A stretch of 64,000 nucleotides of DNA from Octopus sinensis (lineage: Eukaryota). Shown here piece after piece: positions 14,346 through 27,187 of the stretch. Made by a program: the position numbers and the translations under genes. Position 1 is the first letter of the stretch; each line of letters opens with the position of its first letter. Location: the NCBI RefSeq assembly GCF_006345805.1, contig NC_043011.1:45892464-45956463 (forward strand). Reading direction: 5' to 3'. Below the pieces are notes generated by a model, which saw only the letters and a list, made by a program, of their open reading frames with translations, did no database searches and had not been told where the DNA came from.

Positions 14346-14850
14346 CTAGCAGTATCGCCCGGCGTTGCTCGGGTTTGTAAGGGAAATAACTATATAAACA
14401 TTTTTAGAGAGTTACTTCCCTTATAAATTCGGGCTTTCTTAGCCATTTTTGTTTTGGTGTCTTCAAGCCATGAAGTCGTTGTTCTAAAAGAACGCTGGTT
14501 TCCTTCACAACGCATTACGACGTTGATTTCTTTACACTCCCTTCCCCACAGCTTCACGAGGGAGGGAAGGGGGAGAAGCAAACAGGTGCAGCTGTGAGCG
14601 TGGACGCCAACTCCGCCGCCATCGACATACGATGCATTTTATGCATTAAAATGGAATAAAAAATGATGTTAATTATTTTTAAAATCGTAGACTCATCGTT
14701 GACGCGTGCTAATAGTCAGACGGGCTCGATATGAATCACGACTATAAGATACCCGAATTTGGTTAAACTGCACCGCAAAATGTGGGAGGAGTTAGGAATC
14801 TAAATCGAAGGGGACAGACACTCACACAACTAGAGTTTTATATATATAGA
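14346..14850 (-). mobile_element. Non-autonomous Helitron, copy 2 (505 bp), head-to-tail with copy 1
   Basis: Minus strand A|TC start at 14850, the same 3' hairpin, and CTAG end at 14349-14346 abutting the TC of copy 1. Confidence 0.88.
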
Positions 14851-15453
14851 TATATATGTAATATATTTAATATATATATTATAAATTTTCATTCAATAAA
14901 AGTGTTCCATAAATATGGTAAGTAACTTGAAAATAGGACCGGTCGTAAAAAAAAAATGTTATGAACAAAAATATCATCATTACTACTATAGATATTCTAC
15001 AATAAACCAATATCAATCTCTGACTCCATATGTTGTTTCCTTAATTATAAGATATCCTCTTAAATTTTCTATTTTACTGGTTCAAACTCTCATATGGTAC
15101 ATAACCATGTTTCTTATTTATTGCTTACACTTCTTTGACCTTTATTGTGATTTTAAATAACTGAAATTTTCTGAGAATACTTTTAAAGCTCTCAGTGGAA
15201 GAAAATAAATTTTATTGCGTAGTCATACATTAGATAATTGATGTTTTTCTTTATTCAGAGATTGATATCTAGTTCAAAAATAGATACTCTGAACCTGAGT
15301 AACCTAATGGATTGACACATTTTTAAAAATACACAAATGTTTTAAATTTGTAAATCTTTATATTGAGTGGTTCTCTTCTGACACATGTAACTTGGCTGAT
15401 CCTTTATGTACTTTGGGTTTTAGATACATATCCGTCTGTCTGTCTGTCTGTCC

Positions 15454-15499
<46 letters not shown>

Positions 15500-15504
15500 A
15501 TAAA

Positions 15505-15549
<45 letters not shown>

Positions 15550-15682
15550 CAGAGTAAACACATAAATGTGAAAAAAGGTGGAAAAAAGAGTACTCAAATA
15601 CCAGTGGTAGAGTAATATGCTTTATTTAAAGCAGCAGAAAATTCAACAAAACCTGTTACTCTGAGTTTCCCGTTGCCATTCA
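15550..15682 (-). mobile_element. Penelope-like terminal remnant with the 3' half of a hammerhead-like motif
   Basis: Minus strand TGA ATGGCAACGG GAAACTC A GAGT A ACAG, embedded between (TA)n runs. The 5' core is lost. Confidence 0.45.
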
Positions 15683-15697
15683 TATATATATATATAT

Positions 15698-15861
15698 GTG
15701 CAGGTGTGGTTGTGTGGTAAGTAATTTGCTTCCCAATCACATGGTTCTGGATTCAGTCCCAATGCATGGCACCTTGAGCAAGTGTCTTCTACTATAGCTT
15801 CAGGCCGTCCAAAACCTTGTGAGTGGATTTGGTAGATGGAAACTGAAAGAAGCCTGTCGTA

Positions 15862-15932
<71 letters not shown>

Positions 15933-16145
15933 ATGTGTCTGTTCTCTGTGCTTCTTCTGCTACTAATTGACAACCAGTGATGATGTGTTTACATCCCTGT
16001 AACTTAGCAGTTCACCAAAAGAGATTGATAGAATAAGAACCAGGCTTCAAAATAAATACTGGGATAGTTTCATTCAGCTAAAATTCCTCACGTTGGTCCC
16101 CCAGTATCGCTGCAGTCTAATAACTGAAATAAGTAAAGGAACAAA
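15698..16145 (+). mobile_element. tRNA-derived SINE, family B (CORE-like segment, internal TA/TG microsatellite)
   Basis: Head GTGTGGTAAG...GGTTCTGG.TTCAGTCC, then GGCACCTTG.GCAAGTGTCTTCT. Matches copies at 32550, 53933 and 58683. Confidence 0.8.
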
Positions 16146-17910
16146 AGCATATATAATTACACACACACACACACACACATATAGTAATGTTTGTTTTTAT
16201 GTTCAGTTATAATAAAAGCAATCTGATTGGTTATTTTATACTTCTGTAGAGTACCTCCGGGACAGTATTATGGAACCATAGACAAAATCTGAGTTGTTTT
16301 ACAAAAACATCTCAACCTGAGTTTTGTATTTGCATACAGTTGCAGCACCAAAAGAATTGCTTATCTGAAATTGAAACCCGTTGTTTGTGGGGGGTGGGGA
16401 CTTACAAACTTTGCTCTCAACATGTTTAAAGAGAACAAGATGAGAAAGGCCTTAACCTACAACTAAACTTCATATTTGGAATGAGGTACCTACACATCAC
16501 TCTGAGATCTCTTGAGCTTCTTCACCACTGACATCATAATTCCCCCCTCAAAGTTGTGTGGAAGAAGGCTGAATATTCTTCAGTTGGGCTCATATGTCAG
16601 CTGTATAGCTAGAGAAACAAATAAACAACATTCTTTCTTGTGCTAAAGTGGATTAAATTGGATTGTGTGTCAGCTGCATGGTTTGGGGATGAATAAAACA
16701 TTTGGTTGCTTTAACTTTGGACAAACTATTGAACACAAGAACTGAATGTAACCTCTCTTTTGTTATTGCTATTTTCTTGATGCACAAAAGCTTGGCGCTG
16801 GCTTGAGGTTAATTGCATAGACCCTATAGCAGCCTTGAAGGGTCATTCTACAAATGACTACAAATAAAAAAAAATCACTATACACATATATTATTTTGAG
16901 CTGAGTGGGGGTGCTAGATTCCCTTGTTTGAAAATATAAGGACAATAATCGTGTCGTATAGCCAGCTGGAGACGGTGTCTCCTGGGGCTAAATTACAGCA
17001 ACATTTGTCCTAAACCAGAACTGCCATGTTATGTTGGCAAATAATCTTTACTCCATATTTTTTCGTTGTTTCTAATAAAACTGAGAAAAAAGCTGTAAAC
17101 AACATCACCACATGACAACAACCTTGGCAGCAGTTTCAGAAAAATATCACTGGCAGCTAACTAAAACCATTGTGTTATTCTTCTTCTACATGTTATTATC
17201 CATTGCCTAATCATTACATCACTATCACTTATAATGAATCAATGGTGAAATTATGTAGGATGGGCACCTACTGATAAACTGTTCTTGAGCTGCGCAAATT
17301 TTTGCTCTGCCTGGTGAAAGCTGCCACCTACCGCTTTGACCAGGTAATTTAGTTTGGAATATGATAGCTATTGCTCTTTGAAGGCTCCAATGCTTTACAA
17401 TGTCCTGATGTATCCATTATGTATTGCTACCATGGGAATTGTTATGCTCCTGCTGACTTTCATATTTTAGCTGAATCCAGATTAATGTAAGGGAAGGCAA
17501 AGCCTACTAAAATCATTATTTGTGTCTTTCTAAGGACCGCCTAATTGTTTTTACTTAAATGAAACATCCGTGAAAGAAGTTACAGTGCATCAGTGGCAGT
17601 AAATACCAAACAAATCAGATTGTTTTATTGTGTGTGTATTACTGCTGGCTGTTCTTTTACTCAAGTAGACTGCATTTTGCCACTATAGAAATCGTCATGT
17701 ACACAGTGAATCACACTCTAGCCATGTGCAGAAAACTATAAAATAGGGTAAAGATTTGTGGTAGCTTATTAAAACCATTGTGGGTTATTGATGGGCTGTG
17801 AGGAGCAACCTCATGTTGTGCAGGAGACCAAAGAGTTGTGCACTTCCTGCTGACACCCTGGGCATGGTAAGATGCTGATGGCTATCTGTTAATGTTCAAA
17901 TCAATATATA

Positions 17911-18140
17911 TTTCTTTATTGCCCACAAGGAGCTAAATACAGAGGGGACAAACAAGGACAGACAAAGGGATTAAGTCGATTACATCGACCCCAGTGCTTA
18001 ACTGGTACTTAATTTATCGACCCCGAAAGGATGAAAGGCAAAGTCAACTTCGGCAGAATTTGAACTCAGAACGTAATGGCAAACAAAATACCACTAAGCA
18101 TTTCGCCCAGCGTGCTAATGTTTCTGCCAGCTCGCCACCT
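17911..18140 (-). mobile_element. SINE family A with target-site duplication
   Basis: Matches the 8765 copy. Flanked by direct repeat ATGTTCAAATCAA (17892-17904 and 18142-18154). Confidence 0.88.
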
Positions 18141-20636
18141 TATGTTCAAATCAACATAGACATCCACAGCAGTAACTTAATGAGCAATTTTCAGTCTGCA
18201 CAAGTTTCTGTACAATAAAACAGAGCCTCATGTTTGCCTGCTTTATTTTCGTGCTACTTCAACTTGAAAAAGCAGCAACCATTTCCTTTGAAAGGCTCCA
18301 ATGCTTAGTTTGTTGGTGCAACATGGAATTTACTACCAAATGCTGAGCCTGATTCTTCATGTCATGACTTTTATTGTACCACTAAAACTGAAGTGAAGGC
18401 CCCCAAGACTTGGGAATATTGAAACATCTTTCTTGCAACTCTCCTGTTGTTCTTACCTATTTCCCTTTGCTTTGTCAATGCAGTTAGTAACACCCGACAC
18501 ACACATGCATGGAACTTCGATATTCATGATGATGAGAAGGCTTTAAACTGTTATGAAATTGTTGACTTTATTACTGTCTTTGCTCTAAGTCAACATTTCA
18601 TAATTTTTAAAAAAAGTTCTGTAACTTTCTTTCTCACCAATCTTTATAGAACAAAAAAAAAAAAAAAACTCTCTCAAATATTTTTACCGGATGATGCTAA
18701 GCTAAAGTATATATATGATAATGCTAAAATATAAGGAAATTATAGATTGAACATTTTCCCAATATGCTCTTCAACAGTAATGCTTCTGTCAACATTGTTA
18801 TTAAGCTTACAAAGTGAGAAAGGAGAAAAAAAGCTAAAAACTAACGGTTATGAGATAAGCTTGATTTGTAAATGAAAATTACAAAGTCAATATTGTTTTG
18901 TTTCTAGTGTATATAATACATTTTTAACAACATCATGTTATTTTTATTTTATAAACCTCTGTTTACCTCTGAAGTTATGAAAAATGATTTATATTTATCT
19001 AATATAATGGTTTGATCTCATGTTTGTAATAGTATAGAGCAAACCTAATTTTTCTATAAACAAAACATAATATGAATCAATGTATTGAAGTGTGTCCTTA
19101 CCGACAGTTCTGAAATAATATTATGTAGGAAGAGTTAAACCATGATAGAGAAAAATGAGTGAAAGGAGACTGTATTTTATATTTCTCAAATGGTCATTAT
19201 TTTTACTCTAAAAGAAGAAGAAAATGTAAATACTAAAAGAAAAAACACCACGCTTTACTCAGCAACCAGTCCTTTATCAGGGTTTTTAAAGGCCCTCAAA
19301 AAAAATAATAATAATAATAATGTAAAAATTCAATTAACTAGTTTCATATGTGGTCAGTGCGAAAGTTATTCAGCATGCACAAAACAAGGTAACGACTAGA
19401 AACAAAAGAAGCAGCATATTAGAATATGAAGCTTGGAAAGCATATTTATAGCATGATGAATAAGGCAGAAATACAACATCCACAACGGATTTGATTGTTT
19501 GGTGAAAGCTGTTTTCACTGAGTAATTATATATCAGTTTTTAATCTACTGAAAATAGAGGAACATAGTCAGTCATGCATCAGAACTGATAATTGGAAAAA
19601 AAAAAGAAAATGCTTTAATGATTTTTCTTCATACTTCAATATTTTTTATAAAAAAAAAAAATTTCATCTTATTAATAGAAGGGAAAATAACATGTAATAC
19701 GCATTTCACATTTCATCTATGGCCATTAAATGGTGGTTAGATGATTCTCAGGAGATTTCATATATACAATATTAAAATCTGGCACATAGAAGGTTTATTT
19801 TTTTTTGTTTGTATTTTTTTTTCATTTTTGAGAAATATTACGACTGATATTTTTGCTAAAATCTCTTAGTCATTGTCAAAATAAAAAGTAAAAATATTAG
19901 ATTTATTTTACTTGTAGATTTACCTTATTTCATTCAGGCTTACTGTTTTTCTTTATGTCCAACCTAAATTAAGCTTCGTAATAGCTGAGATGGTCAAACT
20001 TTCTAGACTTTGACAATATTTTATATTGAAACAAAAGAGCTGGTAATTAAATATATTAAAACTGTAGTCGTTAGTTTCAGAGAAAAGTAAAAATACATAA
20101 ACTATAGAAATTTAAACATGACATTTATTATCATTTCAAATTATAAGTCCAATTTGTTTTTAAAACTCACGGTTTTATAAATTTAACAAATATATAAAAT
20201 GATGAATGAGAAATTTTCACAATAAAAATTGAAGCCGTATTTGAAAAGCTTCATCAATGTTGTGATAAGCATTATAATTAAAAAAAGTTGCAAAATATTT
20301 TGTCTAATATAATATTCAAAAGTTATAGATTAAACAAAGCATTCATATATATTAAAGTATGTCTGTGTGTGTGTATGCAGATATATGCACATGTGTGTGT
20401 GTATGTATTTATAGAAAGATTGCTACAGCTACAAGCAGTGCATATAGAAAGATAGGATCCTAAAAAAAATTTATACAAGAAATAGGAATCCGTTGTATGT
20501 GCAGTTAGATAAAAACGGTTGAGAAAAATATCTCTATGGTTGCTTCGTTAAAGCGACTGGTATTACTGATGAAGAGAAACAGAGCTTGGAACCTCTATAG
20601 TTTGTTAATAATAATAATGATAATAATAATAATAAT

Positions 20637-20672
<36 letters not shown>

Positions 20673-22939
20673 AGAGAAAAAGAGAGATTAGTGGAATAAT
20701 CGTATTTCCAACATTCACTGAATTAAGAGAACTAAAAGTCATACATGCCTCACATCATGATCATTGTATATTATCTTCGTATTAACTGAAATATATACCA
20801 TGAGAAAGTAAAAGTGAAGGATAAAGAGAAAAGCAGTGAAAGAAGAACCTTGTAAGTTGCATTATATCAGAGACACAGTGATGATGATAGACTTTTAATG
20901 ATACATTCGTAATTAAAGGCATAAATTGCGGAGGATGAAGCTTCTTTGCTTCTTAATGAACCTTTACAACAACACCGAACCTTTGTGACAACAACATGGC
21001 ATTTCTATTCAGATTTTAATAAATGAACATAATTTTTTGGTAACACGTGACAATATTTTGCACAACAGAAAATATTAAAATCTTTGTCTCAGCTTACTGT
21101 TATTGAACAGAAAATAATATCATTAAAGACAAATGTGGCTTGATATTAAGACAAATTGGAGCTTTGAAGTTCTGTATTTTCAAGTAATTATTATAATTAG
21201 AGGAAGGAATATGGCAGCAGACCAAATATTTTTCTATATTTAGACTAATCCTTCTAGGCTTCTGTGATGAACTAGTGTCAAATTCAGTGGGGAGTCTTAC
21301 ATTCTTAGTTCACTAAAAACCATGACAGTCCAGATAAACTTCATGAGCATTTTATAGATTTTGAGGATACAATAAATAGCTGTAATATCTTGGTGTTGAT
21401 TATAATATCTGTTGCTAACATTACTTTACTTTGGATCCATTCAAAATGAATGGAAGTAACTATAAAGAATTGGTGTTGGTACCAAGTGTAGAGAGTAAGA
21501 CAATGTGTTTTACTCTTCTTCTGTGACTGAGTCTGAGAAATAAGGGTAAAGCTTGAAACCTTTTTCACAAGTGATTAGTGGCAGTAAATTACCTTCGGAA
21601 GGGAGGCCTGACTTGGATGCATGAGCAGAGTCTACTCTTTTAAGAGCAACTATAGATCAGCTTGCAGTATTAAACCAGGCAACAGATTAAGTCTACAGCC
21701 TCATAGCAAAAAAAATCCAGAAGGGCTTCCACACAATTTTCTTTTATTGACCTGAGGTTAAGATAGAAGACACTTGCTCAATGTTTCACACTGTGCAATC
21801 AAAAGTGAAACCACATAGTTATGATGTAAATCTCTCAAAACATGCAGATAAACCTGCATCCACTCTAAATAGTATCTAATATTTCTGTGTTGAAATTTTA
21901 CATGATCCAATTTTATTTTTTCCTTTCCTAACAAATACTAGATTTAACTTAATAGATTATAGGTGTTTTACATAACAAAGAAATTACTGTTGAAAAGCTC
22001 ATGAAGACAAGTGGTTTTCAGACACCTTGCCTGTGGCCACATATTTGACATCTGTCAGTTATTATACACTAGAAAACAGTACATCACACTACTTCGTTAG
22101 CATTAATTTTGACTCAAAGTCACAAATACAATTATTAATCTTGTTGCTGATCTATATTTGAGTAGCCTGACAATGGACATTTCAAAAATTTAATTGTCAT
22201 TACAGACAATCTGATCTAACACTTTTATTTTCTACTTAAAAGTCAATGATTTGTGAATTTCCAATATATTGAATTTAGTTTTGTTTCTTCTTTCTCTCAT
22301 TTCTAGAGTGCTTCTTGTCCTTCATTTATTGTATTCTTCAACTATTGACGACAATGTACTTACACCATATTATATATTGACATTACTGCCACTGTTAATA
22401 TTCTATAGATTATTTACTCAGTCAACATGGTTTCAAATAACAGTGAAGGGAAACATTCTTTTTGTAAACTAGCACAGCCTCTGTTCCACATTTCTGCTTC
22501 ATTTCCCTCTTCTTTAGCCCCTTGTGGGTAATAAAAAAAAAATCAATTTATGCTTCATGTCTTTTACTATCCTGCCACCACTTTTTCTTATCCTCTATTT
22601 ATAGTTGTTGTAGTTCTTCCTTAACCTGGTCATGTTCCTGATGTACTGAGAATTCCAGGCATAACTCTCAGTTAAAATTCCTGATATAGCAAGACTTTAA
22701 TAACACGCATAAGTGAATATGGAATCAGTTATTCAAGAATAAAACTGTTTACGAATGTCTGCTCGTGATTTTATTTGAAGTGTTGTTTTGAATAATCTTT
22801 TAAAATGTTTAGATTATTATAAAGCTCACTGCACTCAAACAATTTCATGGAGGAAAAGTACTGCAAATTTTAGAAGATTAATGAAGATTAAGAGGAATTG
22901 GACCAAACATATACAAACGATGATTTGATTTTGGTTGAA

Positions 22940-23130
22940 TATGCCGGTGACACATAAAAGGCACCAGGTACACTCTGTGGCGTGGCTGGCATTAGGAAGG
23001 GCATCCAGCCATAGAAGCCAAGCCAAAAGAAACAACTGGAGTCTGATGCAGCTCTCCAACTTACCAGCTCCAGTCAAATCATCTAAGCCATGCCAGCATG
23101 AAAAACAGATGCTAAATGATGATGATGACA
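22940..23130 (+). mobile_element. SINE-like family C (diverged)
   Basis: GGCATTAGGAAGGGCATCCAGC core and GATGATGAC tail. Confidence 0.7.
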
Positions 23131-23444
23131 ATCAAAAACCCACCCTTTTTTCTCGTGTACACTGATTTGTTTTATGCCTGTTTTTCTTTTATCGACACAT
23201 TTGTTCTCCATTGGTCATGTACACTGACACACTGTACATATTATAGCACAACTGGATCATTTCATTTCTTTATATTCTTTACAGGTTTCTGAAGTCAGGG
23301 TCCACAGCACACTATCCCCCCCCCCCACCACCACACACACATACACAGAGTTGAATATTCTTCTTGTGCATCTGAAAGATTTAGCAGAAAAATGGAGTTT
23401 TTAATAAATCAAGATCTACAAATTTATCATTTTCACCATCTGAA

Positions 23445-23670
23445 CAAGGTCGATGCCAGTGCCCCCTGACTGGCTCCCGTGCTGGTGGCATGTCAAAAGC
23501 ACCCACCACACTCTCAAAGTAGTTGGTAATAGGAAGGGCATCCAGCTGTAGAAACCTTGCCAGATCAGATTGGAGCCTGATGCTGCCCACTGACTTGCCA
23601 GACCTCAGTCAAATTGTCCAACCCATGCCAGCATGGAAAGCGGACGTTAAATGATGATGATGATGATGAT
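23445..23670 (+). mobile_element. SINE-like family C
   Basis: GTGCTGGTGGCATGT...GGAAGGGCATCCAGCTGTAGAAACC...GGAAAGCGGACGTTAAATGATGATG. Confidence 0.8.
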
Positions 23671-24298
23671 AGATATTGTTATTTATTATGATTATATTTT
23701 CCACTATTCATCAAAAGGCATTTCTTTGTATTTGCTATCTCCCTCAGAAAACCAGATTGAAATCTCTAACCATGGCTTGATTTAGTTAGCATCACAACAC
23801 ACTGTTTTAGAAAACAATATAGTTATTTATAGAAACATATGTGAAATTTTCTCTACTTTGCAATGATTTTGGAAACCATAACAAATATCTGACAGTTGTA
23901 TTTTCATTTTTCTCTACATTTTACTAGTTTAGTCTTTAAACTTAATCAAAATTGTAAAGTGACCCCAAAATATGGGATACCAAATTAATTTCAGTAATTA
24001 TCACCATAATTCTTAGAATTAGCAACACATGTTCGCAATGAAATCAACCTGGTTTATCTTGAAGTTCTTTGTAAATTTTGTTCTTGCTGCATTGAAATAT
24101 AACATCCAGATGCACTGATGTATACAATCTTTACAACAAACTCACATACTCCAAAGACACATAGATATACATAGATTGTTTGATATGTCTGTTATTTTCA
24201 GCTTTTATTATGAGAATGTAGTGAAAGCTAGAGATAATGTGTTTATAGTAAAAATAACTTTAAATGTTTAATACAAGCAAGGAAACAATAAGGTGTAA

Positions 24299-24534
24299 TA
24301 ATTTTATGTATTATAATGCATTATAATAATTTTATGTATTATAATGTATTATGATAATTTTATGTATTATAATGTATTATGATAATTTTATGTATTATAA
24401 TGCATTATAATAATTTTATGTATTATAATGTATTATGATAATTTTATGTATTATAATGCATTATAATAATTTTATGTATTATAATGTATTATGATAATTT
24501 TATGTATTATAATGTATTATGATAATTTTATGTA
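24299..24534. repeat. 28-bp AT-rich minisatellite, 8 units plus a partial
   Basis: Unit taattttatgtattataatg(c/t)attat(a/g)a with exact 28-bp period (24301, 24329, 24357...). Confidence 0.95.
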
Positions 24535-25444
24535 AATAATGATATTAAAAATGGTTGAAAACCCACAAAATACTGCAATTATGATATGCTACAGGTTAAT
24601 TAAAGCTTAGTTTAAATTGATTTTCATCTTCAATTACTCATGCTTCAGTTTAATTTAGTAAAAATATTGCTAACTTCAGTATGGGAAGTGGACTACGACT
24701 TGAAAAAACTCAATGTCGCTCTGACAGTTCTTGAGGCTTCAAATACCATTGAGCATTGGCTATCTGATTTTTTGTGATATAATGTTATGCTGAAAGGAAC
24801 TTGTAAGTTTTATCTGACCTTAACTGCTTTAAAAACTGGTCAAAGAAATCCAAACTCCAAACAGAACATAAGCTCCCCGCTTGTAAACAATTGATCATGC
24901 AGAGATGGCTATATTTGTGATTCGTTCAAGCTCCTCAACTGATCACGTGACTTCTGATCACATAGTAACTTCAAAGGTATCTTGCCTGACACATACAGAG
25001 ATGAATATATATATGTGATTCATTTATAGTTGGACTCTCTGCTGCCCATATTTGAATGAAACAACTGGAAAGCAAAACTTTAGCTTGGATTCCAGCTGCA
25101 CAACATAGTCAGGCTTTAGAAATAACCACGAAAGATTCTATTACTCTGCTTTTTCTAATAAATCATGCTGTAGTCTCTGCTAAAATAACTAATGAAGAAA
25201 TTTCTGTTGATATAACTACACATGAGATGTTTTTCATTATGCCACATCAGGCATCTCTGTTCCCCATTTGCTTTAGTAGATCCTTAATTACATAGTTTCA
25301 TGTTGTGTGTTTCAGCCAATAACATCAATGTAATTGAGTGGCTTTGTTTACTATTAGGATGTGGAAGTCTCCAAATTATAACATCTCATATGGCCAGTTG
25401 TTCAGCATAAAATCAGTAGCTAAAACAGCTTTTCCTGTATTCTT

Positions 25445-25850
25445 GTCTTGTCTGAGACAGCATTCACCTGGGGTGGGTTGAGCTGGCTTCATTCATCCTC
25501 AATGCTGCATCTCTCACAAACACCGACCAGGCCTGGAGATTTGAGGCTAACGACCGTGTGATCTCCAACCACTTCCTATTCCAGCGGTGAACGCCGTAGA
25601 CATGGGGGCCTAGGTTGAGTTCCAGATCAGCCTTGACTGTCATCAGCCAGGTTTTTTGTTGTCCACCACATCACTTTCACCAACCCTGAAGGGGAGCTGG
25701 GGCAATTGCTTCGTAGATGAATTCTCCTGGCTGACGACAGAGGGCATGTATTTTCTGTATTGAGCAACATTTGCAGAGATGAGTAGAAAGTGTCCATAAA
25801 TATCCACTTTGGTCTTGTACTCTTAAGATTCTTTGAGCCCTTATGAGAAG
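25445..25850 (-). mobile_element. RTE-clade LINE 3' end
   Basis: Minus translation KTWLMTVKADLELNLGPHVYGVHRWNRKW...LASNLQAWSVFVRDA...ASSTHPR*, followed by a (CAAGA)n-like tail. Confidence 0.75.
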
Positions 25851-27004
25851 CCTGCGTATGTTTTGTACTATCAAGATTATTTTAAAGCATAATCTTCTTA
25901 GTTCAAGTTTTAGCTTCATAGAAAAATGTTTTCTTATCTCACCCTTCTGTATCTAGTTCTGTTTTTGACTGTAAGAACAAGACAGAGAATTTCCATCGCA
26001 TAAGTCTAGTTTTTGTAAAATATATATTCAGAAGATACAACAGTAAAGAGAAAGCTATCTCTAATTTCCTTTAAAATATAAGTAAGTACAATGTTACCTA
26101 TGTTCCAGATGTTCTTATCTTTGCAAACATGATGTAAATGACTTGTTGCAGTATTTGATTTCTAAAAATGAACACCACATTTTACAAGCTGTTGTAAATT
26201 AGTTGTATGTCTTTCTTTTAGCTTGTAGTTATTTAGACTAATCTCATTTGCTCATTCATTGAGTGCAACATCAACAAGGAATGATTAATATGCCTGTAGA
26301 CTGTTGTTTTGAAACATAACTTCAACTTCAATCCTCTTAATGTACCAGAAACAAAAAAATTAAATATCTCACAGAATTAGTCCACAATTAGTAAAAACAT
26401 GTGGCACCGTTAAAAAAGTTAAAAACAAAAACACAAAACAAATGACATTTGAAGACTATTATGAAATATAAAGCATATAGCTGTAATTATAAAAAATAAT
26501 TATGCTAGTACTACTGTAACATCTGCAATATGATTTCAATTCTGGCATATGTTCTTTGTGGCATATCAAAAGAAGCCTGTAGTTTCATACAGGCTCTATG
26601 AATTTCTGTATATAGTTCAATGCTAGAATCTTCAGTTCATCATCTTAGGATATTATAATCATTGGAAATGAGGATTGGTAAATATTTCACTGATTAAAAA
26701 TATAATGCAACAAGACCTAGTATTGAACCTCAAATATTCAGTTGCCAAATTTATAAGATGCTGAGATCATGATCTTGTCAAGCAGTCTGTTCTGATTGTC
26801 AGCCAATCAGCATGCAGCAATATGATGCCATATGAACTTAATCAAACGCTTATGACCTTTACTTGCACTTTTCTTAGTATTTAGGTGAAAGCCCACCAAG
26901 AACAATCACAGAGCTTTAAGAGCTACTTGAGAACACTGCATCACACCTCTCTCTACAAGCAAGGCAGAATGTAGCCTTGTATAGCAGAAACAACAAGTTT
27001 TCCT

Positions 27005-27187
27005 TTGCTGTGTAAAAAGCACCCAGTACATTTTGTAAAGTCGTTGGTGTTAGGAAGGGCATCTAACCATAGAAACCATGCTAAAACAAAAATAGAGCCT
27101 GAGCAGCCTTTCAGCTGGTCATCTCCTGTCAAACCGTTCAACCCATGCCAGCATAGAAAATGGATGTTAAATGATGATGATGATGAT
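27005..27187 (+). mobile_element. SINE-like family C (diverged)
   Basis: GGTGTTAGGAAGGGCATC core and GATGATGAT tail. Confidence 0.7.

Noticed and set aside
13882-14581. Two similar ORFs (LLPSLVKLWGRECKEINVV...)
   Set aside because: They are chance frames inside the two Helitron copies and are similar only because the repeat is duplicated. There are no Rep/helicase motifs.
16500-16620. Minus-strand peptide YSAFFH resembling the next KChIP exon (IY.QFFP)
   Set aside because: It lacks ECP.G and FFP.G, reaches a stop soon after, and has no fitting splice sites.
17150-17420. Possible Gypsy RT/RNase H remnant (W...AAF...PIL)
   Set aside because: Too degenerate to support without a profile search.
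19245-19295. Minus-strand CTGATAA AGG... resembling a hammerhead core
   Set aside because: No matching GAAAC box or paired stems.
24299-24534. CRISPR-like array interpretation of the 28-bp repeat
   Set aside because: There are no unique spacers and the context is eukaryotic; it is a simple tandem minisatellite.
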